64,000 nucleotides of DNA from assembly GCA_963710605.1 (NCBI GenBank), contig CAVQBA010000004.1:1312001-1376000 (forward strand). The letters run 5' to 3'. Under the pieces are notes generated by a model, which saw only the letters and a list, made by a program, of their open reading frames with translations, was not told the origin of the DNA and made no database searches. Position 1 is the stretch's first letter; each line of letters starts with the position of its first letter. Shown piece after piece: positions 1-10,148 of this stretch. A program made the translations under genes and the position numbers. Source of the stretch: an uncultured cyanobacterium. GTDB lineage: Bacteria > Cyanobacteriota > Cyanobacteriia > Cyanobacteriales > Cyanobacteriaceae.

Positions 1-779
1 ATTGACCTGATTCGACATAATCAGCGTAAAGCATTTTACCAGCTGAATCGGCTACTTCTTCAGCAACATCATTATAATTCCAAGTACGTAAAAAGTCTGG
101 ATTGCTTGTGTCTCCATCTCTTTTACCGATCGAAGAACGATTATCACCATCAGCACAAAGAAGATTATAACCGACTGATTGAGTTAAACGAATATCACGA
201 GCAAAAATACCATCACTAGACGCAACTAAAACTTCTTGCCAGTCACGGAAATAAGCGGCACGACGAGATTGGACATGATTCGCTTTTTTAGCTAATTGTT
301 GATTAGCACCAAGTAACACATCTCCCATTTCTTGCATATTACTACAGTTACCTAACCATGCGTCTTTGTTCTTTAAGGTTGGCATAATCTCGGAACATTT
401 CTAAATTGATTTCGGGAACAAAAGATGCTCCAGAAGGTGTGTTGAGAGCTAAGATTGATAATGCTTTTTCTAAGGCTAGTTTTAATCCGGTAAAAGAAAG
501 ATCGTTAGTGCTGACATAACATTCACCTTTACCTTTAAAAACTCTTACCCCTGCACCTGTGGCGAGTCTGGGGGTGATACTAGTAATACGATCGTCTTCG
601 GCTAAACAACTAATATAATTACTTTTTTCGAGGAAAAATTCGACAAAATCCGCACCTGCCGCCCTTCCTAAACCTAGTAAGGTGGAAAGTGGTTTTTCCC
701 ATGTTAAATCAAAACGATCGTGACTAGGACTATAGGATAAATTAGGAATTTCACGGGATACTAGTAAGGTTGGAGACAT
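1..779 (-). CDS. tldD: TldD/PmbA family metalloprotease, 5' part (runs off window start; apparent 1-nt frameshift near 372)
   Basis: ORF 348..779 has the TldD N-terminus ([17 protein letters not shown]); the shifted frame continues [10 protein letters not shown]...[11 protein letters not shown]...RDIRLTQS...[13 protein letters not shown] to the window edge. Confidence 0.85.
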
Positions 780-1565
780 ATAATTATTAACTTTTCTCTT
801 TACTTTTTACTTTGATTCTTACCCCTATTCTACTACGCTCAATCTGTAATTCACATTCTTAGTCATTAATAACCATTGCTTATTCTTTATTTATCTTTGA
901 TTTAAAATTAGAATAAAAGCGGTTTTTGGCACTTCATTCTTTCAATCGATCGTTTTCGCTGATTTTGCCTATTTTTGCCCGATTTTGACCGTTGACTTTT
1001 AAGTACAAATTTCGTATTATGACACTTACAGTGTTGGGTTAGTTACTTTGTCAATTTTTGAAATTATCTACCTCAAACTATAGTAAAAAGGTTAAAACGT
1101 AATATCTCTACATTTAGCTTAATTTAACTTAGCAATTCTGTGGTGTAACTGTTTATGAAGGTAAGCTTGACAAATAAGACCAATACGACTAAAAAATATA
1201 CAAGTTTTAATCTTCCTCATCAACTCGATCGAATTAATAATTAATAATTTAATAGAAGTAAAAGCGAGCTTTTTTATTTGACAAAGATAGATAATCATCT
1301 AGTAATACCATAGTGTTCGATATAACTGATGATAAATAGACTATACATAGTAGTTGATATTCTTTACTCCTTACCGATTAACTATCTAGTTCACAAAGCA
1401 TTGATTAGTCTTGTCCCTTGTACGAGCGTCCTTCAATTGAAGGTTTTATTTTAAATAGTTAGTCTTCTGGTTGAAAATCGATCGATTTATTGACTTAATA
1501 GAATGTCAACAGAAAAATATATAATTGAAGAGAAAAAATAAATTAAGAAAAAAATAACGAACTTA

Positions 1566-2054
1566 ATGACCAAAATGAGTGGAACTTTACAACCAGCTTG
1601 TCATTCTAGTAATAACACTTTGCCAAACGAGCGTCAACCTTGGGGACAACATTTAGTCCTAGACATCGGTGGTTGTAACGACAATATTTTAACCAAAGAA
1701 AAGATTAGTAATTTTGTGCAAGAATTAGTCTGTGCGATCGATATGGTTGCCTATGGTGAACCACAAATCGTTCATTTTGCTGAACATAGTTATGAAGCCG
1801 CTGGTTATTCTTTAGTTCAATTAATCGAGACATCCGCCATTATGGGGCATTTTAGTGACCATAATCGTGATGCTTATTTAGATATCTTTTCTTGTAAAAA
1901 ATTTGATAATCAAATAGCTATCGATGTTGTGCAAAAACACTTTGCCCCTAACAAAATCAAAAGTGTTTGTCTTAATAGAGGCATAAATTTACCCTCAGAT
2001 AATAGCGTTGTTTCTCGAGTCAATTATTTATCTCAAGTTACCAGCACAACATGA
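1566..2054 (+). CDS. S-adenosylmethionine decarboxylase-like pyruvoyl-dependent decarboxylase proenzyme (divergent)
   Basis: WGQHLVLDIGGC, GYSLVQLIETSAIMGHF, AYLDIFSCK motifs of the short SpeD/AdoMetDC fold; ATGA overlap with the next gene. Confidence 0.85.
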   Translation: MTKMSGTLQPACHSSNNTLPNERQPWGQHLVLDIGGCNDNILTKEKISNFVQELVCAIDMVAYGEPQIVHFAEHSYEAAGYSLVQLIETSAIMGHFSDHNRDAYLDIFSCKKFDNQIAIDVVQKHFAPNKIKSVCLNRGINLPSDNSVVSRVNYLSQVTSTT

Positions 2055-3154
2055 GTTTGAAGACACCTTATTATTTAATCGACGAGAGTAAGTTGCAACA
2101 AAATCTCGATCGAATTAATTTTGTCCGTCAAAATTCGGGTGCCAAAGTTGTTTTAGCTTTAAAATGTTTTGCGACATGGGCAACTTTCAAACAAATACAA
2201 CCTTTTTTAGATGGTACAACTAGTAGCTCATTTTATGAAGCCAAACTAGGTTATGAAGAATTTGGTAAGGAAGTTCATGCTTATAGCTGTGCTTTTTCTC
2301 AAGCTGATATTGATCAGTTAAAGGGATTTGCTGATAAGGTGATTTTTAACTCTCTTGCTCAATTACAAAGGTTTCACCGTGATTTAGAGCCAATAAATTT
2401 AGGATTAAGAGTCAATCCGCAAATAAGTTATTCAGATTATCAATTAGCTAATCCCGCTAGACGTTATTCTCGTTTGGGCGTAATTAATCAGCACGATATT
2501 GAGCAAAATCTATCTTTAATTAACGGTGTCATGCTACATTACAATTGTGAAAATAGTGATTATGACAATTTTGCTACTGTTTTAGATCAGATTGTCGATC
2601 GCTATAGCCATATTTTACAACAGTTAGATTGGTTAAGTTTAGGAGGTGGTATTAGTTTTACTCAACCTGATTATCCGCTACTAAAATTTAGCGATAAACT
2701 CAAAGCGATTAGCGATCGTTTTAAAGTACAAATATACTTAGAACCGGGAGAAGCAGTTGTTTCGCAAACTACTTATTTGGTGGTAGAAGTGTTAGATATA
2801 GTCTATAACGAAATTGAAATTGCGATCGTTAATAGTTCATTGCAAGCACATCTACCAGACTTATTAATTTACAATGATTCAGCTCAAATTGCGTCACCAT
2901 CAGCAGGAGAATATCGTTATATGATAGCAGGGCAATCTTGTTTAGCAGGGGATATTTTTGGCACTTTTGGTTTTGAAAAAAAATTGCAAATCGGCGATCA
3001 AATTTGTCTAGCCAATGCAGGAGGTTATACGATGGTGGAAAATAACTGGTTTAATGGTTTAAGCAAACCCTCGATCGTCATTCGCAAAAGTAACGGTGAA
3101 GAACAAATAATCAAACAATTCTCTTACAGTGATTATAAATCGTCTTTGTCGTGA
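2051..3154 (+). CDS. nspC: carboxy(nor)spermidine / carboxyaminopropylagmatine decarboxylase (PLP, alanine-racemase fold)
   Basis: TPYYLIDE, LALKCF (PLP Lys), SRLG, LGGG, LEPGEA, SCLAGD, YTMV.NNWFNG. Confidence 0.9.
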   Translation: MSLKTPYYLIDESKLQQNLDRINFVRQNSGAKVVLALKCFATWATFKQIQPFLDGTTSSSFYEAKLGYEEFGKEVHAYSCAFSQADIDQLKGFADKVIFNSLAQLQRFHRDLEPINLGLRVNPQISYSDYQLANPARRYSRLGVINQHDIEQNLSLINGVMLHYNCENSDYDNFATVLDQIVDRYSHILQQLDWLSLGGGISFTQPDYPLLKFSDKLKAISDRFKVQIYLEPGEAVVSQTTYLVVEVLDIVYNEIEIAIVNSSLQAHLPDLLIYNDSAQIASPSAGEYRYMIAGQSCLAGDIFGTFGFEKKLQIGDQICLANAGGYTMVENNWFNGLSKPSIVIRKSNGEEQIIKQFSYSDYKSSLS

Positions 3155-3224
3155 AAACCATCTTTTTTTGTGAACAAATTGTCAGGTGATTTATCCAATC
3201 AGAATATACCATTGCCTTAATACT

Positions 3225-3249
3225 GTAAGGGTTGAATATTACTCAACCC
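3225..3249 (+). repeat. REP-like hairpin (GTAA-GGGTTGA-N7-TCAACCC)
   Basis: 7-bp inverted repeat preceded by a GTAA tetranucleotide in the nspC-dehydrogenase spacer. Confidence 0.4.
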
Positions 3250-3408
3250 AAAACTTGAGAATTCTGGTGTTAATTATCAGTTGTCGTATCGAACACTATG
3301 GTATTACTAGATGATTACGCATCTTTGGGTATGTAAAAAGTAAAAAACAAAAAGCATTAATGGTTTGACTGTTATTATCTGTTAATTATAAAAATTAATC
3401 TATTGTCA

Positions 3409-4629
3409 ATGAAAAAAAACGTCTTAATTATCGGTGCAGGAGGTGTAGCTAATGTCGCTGTTCATAAATGTGCTCAAAATAATGATATCTTGGGAAATAT
3501 TAACATCGCCTCTAGAACGATCGATAAATGTAATCAAATTATCGAAAGTGTCAAACGTAAAAATAGTTTAAAAGATAAACAAGGTCAACTTAAAGCTTAT
3601 CAATTAGATGCCTTAGATATTGAAGCTACCATCAAATTAATTGAAGAAACTGATACCCAGATTGTGATTAATTTAGGTACAGCTTTTATTAATATGTCTG
3701 TGCTTCAAGCTTGTCTTAAAACAGGAGTTGCTTATATTGATACAGCAATTCACGAAGAACCTGATAAAATTTGTGAAACTCCCCCTTGGTATGCTAATTA
3801 TGAATGGAAATATTTAGCAGAATGTCAAGACAAAGGAGTCACCGCAATATTAGGAGCAGGATTTGATCCAGGCGTAGTTAACGCTTATAGTGCTTATATG
3901 GTCAAACATCACTTCGATCGAGTAGAAGAAATTGATATAGTTGATGTTAATGCTGGTAATCACGGTAAATATTTTGCCACAAATTTTGACCCCGAAATTA
4001 ATTTTCGAGAATTTACAGGCGGCGTTTGGACGTGGATTGATAAACAATGGCAAAAGTATCAAACCCATGAAATCAAAAAAACTTACGATTTACCTATTGT
4101 GGGTGAGCAAACAGTTTATTTAAGTGGTCATGATGAGTTGCACTCATTATCAAAAAATATTGACGCTAACAGTATTCGTTTTTGGATGGGGTTTAGTGAT
4201 CATTATATTAACTGTTTTACCGTCTTAAAAAATATTGGCTTACTTTGCGAGCAACCCGTAACTACCGCCGAAGGTTTAGAAGTTATACCGCTAAAAGTGG
4301 TTAAGGCTTGTTTACCTAACCCTGCTTCTTTAGCTGAAAATTATCAAGGTAATACATTTATTGGTAATATTGTCAAGGGAGAAAAAAATGGTCAAGAAAA
4401 AACAATGTTGATTTATAATACCTGTGATCATGCTCAATGTTATCAAGAAGTAGAATCTCAAGCTATTTCTTATACTGCGGGTGTACCGCCAGTCGCTACG
4501 GCGATATTAATTGCGAGGGGCGATTGGGATTGTCATTCAATGAAAAATATCGAAGAATTAAATCCTGATCCTTTTCTTGAATTACTAGCTAAAATAGGTT
4601 TACCTTCAGTAGTTAATAGTTTATTGTAG
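3409..4629 (+). CDS. carboxy(nor)spermidine dehydrogenase (saccharopine dehydrogenase family)
   Basis: IIGAGGVA Rossmann motif, GAGFDPG, FATNFDPEINFRE, HDELHSL, QAISYTAGVP; adjacent to nspC (ORF track starts at TTG 3403). Confidence 0.9.
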   Translation: MKKNVLIIGAGGVANVAVHKCAQNNDILGNINIASRTIDKCNQIIESVKRKNSLKDKQGQLKAYQLDALDIEATIKLIEETDTQIVINLGTAFINMSVLQACLKTGVAYIDTAIHEEPDKICETPPWYANYEWKYLAECQDKGVTAILGAGFDPGVVNAYSAYMVKHHFDRVEEIDIVDVNAGNHGKYFATNFDPEINFREFTGGVWTWIDKQWQKYQTHEIKKTYDLPIVGEQTVYLSGHDELHSLSKNIDANSIRFWMGFSDHYINCFTVLKNIGLLCEQPVTTAEGLEVIPLKVVKACLPNPASLAENYQGNTFIGNIVKGEKNGQEKTMLIYNTCDHAQCYQEVESQAISYTAGVPPVATAILIARGDWDCHSMKNIEELNPDPFLELLAKIGLPSVVNSLL

Positions 4630-4707
4630 ATATGATCGATCTCATCTATAATTTATTTATTCACTCTAGACACTCTAGACACTGTTATCTGGATTACGGT
4701 TTAATTT

Positions 4708-4971
4708 ATGTCCCAAAAATATAATTCTCGTGTTTATGTTACTCTACGACCATCAGTCTTAGATACGGCTGGTACTGCTGTAAAATCAGGATTACAACAG
4801 TTAGGTTATCAAGGAGTAGAAGATGTTAGGATTGGAAAATATATTGAAGTGACTTTATCTGCTGATAACCAAGACGATGCAGACAAACAATTACATAAAA
4901 TGTGTGATCAATTATTAGCTAATCCTGTCATTGAAAATTATTCTTTTGAGTTAAATACAGTAGAAGAATAA
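4708..4971 (+). CDS. purS: phosphoribosylformylglycinamidine synthase subunit PurS
   Basis: VTLRPSVLDTAG, VRIGKYIE, LLANPVIENY. Confidence 0.97.
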   Translation: MSQKYNSRVYVTLRPSVLDTAGTAVKSGLQQLGYQGVEDVRIGKYIEVTLSADNQDDADKQLHKMCDQLLANPVIENYSFELNTVEE

Positions 4972-5056
4972 ATTGATTAGAGAAAGATAAATAAGTAGAT
5001 TTTTTTTGAAGTCTGTAGCAAGTTTTACTGTTTAAATAAGCAAGATAAGGTAGCAA

Positions 5057-5737
5057 ATGAAATTTGGTGTAGTTGTTTTCCCTGGAAGTAATTGCGATCG
5101 AGATATAGCAATGGTAACCGATGGTATTCTTAATCAACCCACTCGTATGATATGGCATCAAGAAACCGATATTGATGATCTTGATGTGGTAGTAGTACCC
5201 GGTGGGTTTAGTTATGGTGATTACCTGCGTTGTGGTGCAATAGCCAGATTTTCACCTGTAATGAAAAGTATTGTGGCTCATGCTAAGGCTGGTAAATTAG
5301 TTTTGGGTATTTGTAATGGTTTTCAGGTACTTACAGAAGTTGGTTTATTGCCAGGGGCGTTAATTCGTAATCGAGATATGCACTTTATTTGCGATCGAGT
5401 TTCGGTTAAAGTAGAAAATAATACTTCTGTCTGGACAAAAGGTTATCAAGAGCAAGAAGTGGTTTGTTTGCCTATCGCTCACGGAGAAGGTAACTATTAT
5501 GCTGATGAAGATACATTAAAGTCTTTAGAAGATAACGGACAAATATTATTTCGTTATTCTAGCTCTACAGGTAAAATTAATAATGAAAGTAATCCTAATG
5601 GTTCGTGTCATAACATTGCTGGGATTACTAACAAACAAGGAAATGTATTAGGTATGATGCCTCACCCAGAAAGAGCAAGTGATCAACTTTTGGGTTTAAC
5701 TGACGGTAAACCACTTTTTGCTAGTTTGCTAACTTGA
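5057..5737 (+). CDS. purQ: phosphoribosylformylglycinamidine synthase glutaminase subunit PurQ
   Basis: [33 protein letters not shown]. Confidence 0.97.
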   Translation: MKFGVVVFPGSNCDRDIAMVTDGILNQPTRMIWHQETDIDDLDVVVVPGGFSYGDYLRCGAIARFSPVMKSIVAHAKAGKLVLGICNGFQVLTEVGLLPGALIRNRDMHFICDRVSVKVENNTSVWTKGYQEQEVVCLPIAHGEGNYYADEDTLKSLEDNGQILFRYSSSTGKINNESNPNGSCHNIAGITNKQGNVLGMMPHPERASDQLLGLTDGKPLFASLLT

Positions 5738-5829
5738 ATTGAAAAGATGAATAAATAATGGAGATAAATACCTGCTTCGCACTTTTTTGGTAAAACTAAA
5801 TATATCTGATGTGGTCATGAAAAGTAATC

Positions 5830-5878
5830 AACTCTGAACTCTGAACTCTTAACTTTTAACTCTTAACTTTTAACTCTT
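5830..5878. repeat. heptamer short tandem repeat (STRR; AACTCTG/AACTTTT)
   Basis: seven consecutive 7-mers immediately before the ATG at 5879. Confidence 0.9.
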
Positions 5879-6559
5879 ATGTCAACGATCGAAAAACTCA
5901 TTTCTCAAATAAAAACCGAAGCCCAAAAAGAAGAATTTCCTGTAGATATAGATGTTTATAAATCAGCGGATAAAGATCCAAATGAACCAATTTTATATTA
6001 CGGTAATTTAGAAAGTAATATTTGTTTTTTAGCTCGAGATTTGGGTAGAGATGAGGTAATAGCCGGGCAACCATTAATCGGTGCATCTGGGCAATTAGTT
6101 CGGCAAGGTTTTTATCAAGCAATCCATCAAGAAAAGACTGAGGATAAAACTAAACTAGATTCAATTAAAGATCGTTTGATTTTAACCAATACAGTACCTT
6201 ACAAGCCACCCGGAAACAAAGCATATTTACAAAAAGTCAAAAAAAGATTTCGTCCTTTCATCGCTCAATTATTAGTATGTTACTGGCAGGGAACACAAAT
6301 AATTACATTAGGTACAGAAGCGTTTAAATGGTTTAAAGATTATTCAACTAAAGAAGAGATTGAGCAATTTTGGTCACAAGGTGATTCACGTTATCAAAGT
6401 AGTTTGCAAGTTAATCTCACTGCTAAAAATGATGATGGCGAAACAAAAAACAAATTAGTAACTGTTTATCCTTTACCTCATCCTTCACCTTTAAATCAAA
6501 AATATTATAATAAATTTCCTCATATGTTACAAAATACTATTTCTCAACTTGATTTTTAA
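5879..6559 (+). CDS. uracil-DNA glycosylase superfamily protein
   Basis: ARDLGRDE...GQPLIGASG, LTNTVPYKPPGNK, IITLG, LPHPSPLN. Confidence 0.8.
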   Translation: MSTIEKLISQIKTEAQKEEFPVDIDVYKSADKDPNEPILYYGNLESNICFLARDLGRDEVIAGQPLIGASGQLVRQGFYQAIHQEKTEDKTKLDSIKDRLILTNTVPYKPPGNKAYLQKVKKRFRPFIAQLLVCYWQGTQIITLGTEAFKWFKDYSTKEEIEQFWSQGDSRYQSSLQVNLTAKNDDGETKNKLVTVYPLPHPSPLNQKYYNKFPHMLQNTISQLDF

Positions 6560-6760
6560 AATAACCGACGTTTACGTACTCATGTTTCGGTTGTTAGGTG
6601 TTTAGAATAATTGACAATTGACAATTGATAATACTTCTTCCTCATTACTCCTTACTCATTACTTTTCTTTTTTTAATCTCGAACTCAGCTTAGCTATATT
6701 GTATAGTTTAGAGATAGAAAGTTACAAATAGAACAATTATTAATTATTAATTATTAATTA

Positions 6761-9700
6761 TTAATTATCGATGAATTTTTCTAATTTACTGGTCAAAATA
6801 TCAGGAGTGATTGGTTTACTAATATAGTCACTCATTCCTGCTTCTAAACATTTTTCTTGCGCACCTCTCATTGCATTCGCCGTCATGGCAATAATTGGTT
6901 TATTTTGGTTATGTATTCCTGCTTCACCTTGTCTGATTAATTTAGTCGCTTCATAACCATCCATTCGTGACATCAAACAATCCATTAAAATTAGATCGTA
7001 GCTAGATTCAGGAGAAGTTTTACTTAAGATTTCGATTGCTTCTATTCCATTCTTAGCAACTGTAATATTATTTAATCCTTGTAATCCTAAAAGCCCTTTG
7101 ACAACAATCTCATTGGTTTCATTGTCTTCTACTAATAAAATACGAAAACTATGTAACTCAGGAGATAAATTATCTAATTTACGATTATTGATTGTTGATG
7201 ATGAACTATCTGTCGTAGTCGGTTTCGGTTGAGGACAACGAATTAGCTCTTTGGCATTACTAACTTTTGTTAAAATCTCTAATAAATGGGTAACTACGAA
7301 AGGTTTAGACAGATAATATTTTATTTCTAATTCAGAAGAATAATTAGCATGACAATCGTGAGTCATTAAAATAATTGGTATTGGTTGAAAATAGGCATCA
7401 GCTTTAAGTAAAGTAATTAATTCTAAACCATTAATCATCGGTAGTTGTTCATCAATAATCATCACATCAAATAAACAACCAGAAGGTATTTGACTGATTT
7501 TAGATGAGTTATTCATTGTTTTACACAAATTCCATGCTTTAATCCCATCTACTGATTCGGTTACATCAACTCCCCAAGCTTCTAATTGGTTAGTTAAAAC
7601 TTGACGGCTAGTATCATTGTCTTCGACGACTAAAACAGATAAACCATTTAAGGAAGAAGAAACTGTAGTTGCTTGAGTTGGGTTTACCTCACTCGCTTGT
7701 AACTTGACTGTAAACTCAATCTTAGTTCCTTGATCGATCGTACTTTGCACTTTTATATTACCACCCATTAATTCACATAAATTTTTACAAATAGCTAATC
7801 CTAACCCTGTACCACCATATTTACGAGTTGTACTAACATCTACTTGAGTAAAATGCTCGAATAGACTATCAATTTTTTCTTCACGAATGCCTATACCAGT
7901 ATCTTCTACTATGGTATGTAAAATTAGATCGTTGCCTAAATTTTCTAAACGGCATTTGATCATAATTTCCCCTTGCTCAGTAAATTTTAGGGCATTACCG
8001 ACCAAATTAGTTAATATTTGTCTAAAACGAGAAGGATCACCTTTAACAAAGGTATCGTTTCTATATGGTAAGTCTAAGATTAATTCTAAACCTTTTTGAC
8101 GAGCTGGTAAAGTCATGGAACTAACAAAGTCGTTAATTTCTTGATAAAGATCAAAATCGATTATTTCTAAATCTAGTTGACCTGCTTCTATTTTAGAAAA
8201 GTCAAGGATATCATTAATTAAAGTTAGTAATGATTGAGCACTTGATTGAGCTATTTGGACGTAGGATGCCTGTTGAGAGTTAAGCTTACTTTTTTGTAAA
8301 ATATCAAGCATACCAATAACACCATTCATGGGCGTTCTAATTTCATGACTCATATTAGCGATAAAAAGACTTTTGGAGTTATTTGCTAATTCGGCTATTT
8401 TTTTCGCTTTCAAATATTTTTGAGCTAAATGATTACGTTGTTCTACTTCTTTTTGTAATGATGTATATAATTCTGCTTGTTGGATAGCGATCGCAATTTG
8501 AACTGATAATCTTTTTAAAAAGGATATTTCTGACTCTTCCCACTTTCTGGTGTAAGAACATTGATTGACAATTAATAAACCCCAAAGTTTTTCACTAGAA
8601 TTTTGAACACAAGTAACAATTGGAGCAATTAAGCAACTACTAATATCAAAGTTAGTGAGTAATTCTAAATATTGCTCATTATCAGGTGCTAGTGATAATT
8701 GATCATTAAATTGATAAATTTCACCATTTTGATAACTATCTAGCGAAGTAAGTGGACAATCTACACTGGCAATTTCCATTCCTAAACAAGCTTGCCAAGG
8801 TTGGTTTACAGATTCGGCGGTAATAAAACCTTTATTTTCTTTTGCTAACTGATAAATAAATGTTCGATCGCTATTAAGAAAACCTCTAACTTCTCTAACT
8901 GTAGCCGATAAAACATCTTCTAGATTTAAAGAGCGACGAATTCTTAAAGATATATCACTAATAATTTGTTCTTGTTGTTGAGAACGAATTAAACGAATTT
9001 CTGATTTAACTTTATTGGCAACGGCTTTAACTGTATCTTGTAATTTAAGTGGCGTTAAGTCGTTTTTAACTAAATAATCAGCCGCTCCTTCTTTCATGGC
9101 TTTAACAGCACGTCTTTCGTCTCCTTGACCTGTTAAAATGATAGCGGGTAAAATACTAGTTGGGTAATCTGGAGCAATCTTATTGAGAAATTCAATCCCA
9201 TCACCATCTGGTAAACTAAGATCGATTAAAAGTACATCAGGACGTTCTACTTTCCACAAGTCATAGCCTTCTTTTAAGGTTTCGGCTTCTAAATAAGTAT
9301 AAATATGTGTTTGATCTGAATTAAAATAACGAATATATACTTCACGATCGATCGGCGAATCATCAATCATCAATATTTTGATTTTATTCTCTGATAATAG
9401 GCAATAATTATTACTGTTATTATCTGAAGTAGGAATTAAATTATCTAATCTACTGGTAGTTGTATCCGAAATTAGATTTAAAAGTTGGCTAGAGATATCT
9501 TTTTTATGTACATAATCTATTGCACCTAACTTAATTGATTTAGCCGCTATTTGTTCATTACCTTGTCCTGTCACAATCACCACAGGTACATTAATGCCAC
9601 TATCTTGTTTTTCCTTCATGATTTTTAGCAACTCTAAACCATCCCCATCAGGTAAAATCAAATCTAAAAAGATTAAATCAGGTTGTTCATCTTGCCATAA

Positions 9701-9868
9701 CTTAATTCCTTCTTGTAAAGTCTCCGCTTCTAAAATATTGTATTCACGAGAGGAATCTTGCTCTAAATAACGAATATATGTTTCTCGATCGCTTTTTGAA
9801 TCCTCAATTAAAAGAATTGTTATCACTAATACTTCTTGATTATTTTCGTTCGATGGTTTGTTGGACAT
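6761..9868 (-). CDS. hybrid sensor histidine kinase REC-REC-GAF-HisKA-HATPase-REC-REC
   Basis: receiver motifs FLDLILPD, LIDLSLPD, IIDEQLP, LMDCLM; H-box MSHEIRTP; NLVGNALKFT, DTGIG, GGTGLGL. Confidence 0.92.
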   Translation of the reverse strand: MSNKPSNENNQEVLVITILLIEDSKSDRETYIRYLEQDSSREYNILEAETLQEGIKLWQDEQPDLIFLDLILPDGDGLELLKIMKEKQDSGINVPVVIVTGQGNEQIAAKSIKLGAIDYVHKKDISSQLLNLISDTTTSRLDNLIPTSDNNSNNYCLLSENKIKILMIDDSPIDREVYIRYFNSDQTHIYTYLEAETLKEGYDLWKVERPDVLLIDLSLPDGDGIEFLNKIAPDYPTSILPAIILTGQGDERRAVKAMKEGAADYLVKNDLTPLKLQDTVKAVANKVKSEIRLIRSQQQEQIISDISLRIRRSLNLEDVLSATVREVRGFLNSDRTFIYQLAKENKGFITAESVNQPWQACLGMEIASVDCPLTSLDSYQNGEIYQFNDQLSLAPDNEQYLELLTNFDISSCLIAPIVTCVQNSSEKLWGLLIVNQCSYTRKWEESEISFLKRLSVQIAIAIQQAELYTSLQKEVEQRNHLAQKYLKAKKIAELANNSKSLFIANMSHEIRTPMNGVIGMLDILQKSKLNSQQASYVQIAQSSAQSLLTLINDILDFSKIEAGQLDLEIIDFDLYQEINDFVSSMTLPARQKGLELILDLPYRNDTFVKGDPSRFRQILTNLVGNALKFTEQGEIMIKCRLENLGNDLILHTIVEDTGIGIREEKIDSLFEHFTQVDVSTTRKYGGTGLGLAICKNLCELMGGNIKVQSTIDQGTKIEFTVKLQASEVNPTQATTVSSSLNGLSVLVVEDNDTSRQVLTNQLEAWGVDVTESVDGIKAWNLCKTMNNSSKISQIPSGCLFDVMIIDEQLPMINGLELITLLKADAYFQPIPIILMTHDCHANYSSELEIKYYLSKPFVVTHLLEILTKVSNAKELIRCPQPKPTTTDSSSSTINNRKLDNLSPELHSFRILLVEDNETNEIVVKGLLGLQGLNNITVAKNGIEAIEILSKTSPESSYDLILMDCLMSRMDGYEATKLIRQGEAGIHNQNKPIIAMTANAMRGAQEKCLEAGMSDYISKPITPDILTSKLEKFIDN

Positions 9869-9998
9869 AGTGGCGTCAAGTCATTCGCATATTACTAAAA
9901 ATATTACTTTTAACAATATAGCAAAATTACTATTAATTTTTGTTAAGAAAAGTTAGTATATACTCTCCTTTCATAATGTTGATTAACAATTAGCAACC

Positions 9999-10148
9999 AA
10001 AAGTTAAAAGTTAAAAGTTAAGAGTTAAGAGTTAAAAACTGACACTTGACACCTTCATTCTCAATTCTCAATTCTCAATTCTCCATTCTCAATTCTCAAT
10101 TCTCCATTCTCAATTCTCAATTCTCCATTCTCAATTCTCAATTCTCCA
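9999..10148. repeat. STRR arrays (AAAGTTA/AGAGTTA and ATTCTCA/ATTCTCC)
   Basis: heptamer arrays; the ATTCTCM array 10057..10148 overlaps the cobJ stop codon. Confidence 0.9.

Noticed and set aside
5015-5028. GTA-N8-TAC NtcA-like site between purS and purQ
   Set aside because: Only 6 informative bases in AT-rich DNA and no convincing -10 at the expected spacing
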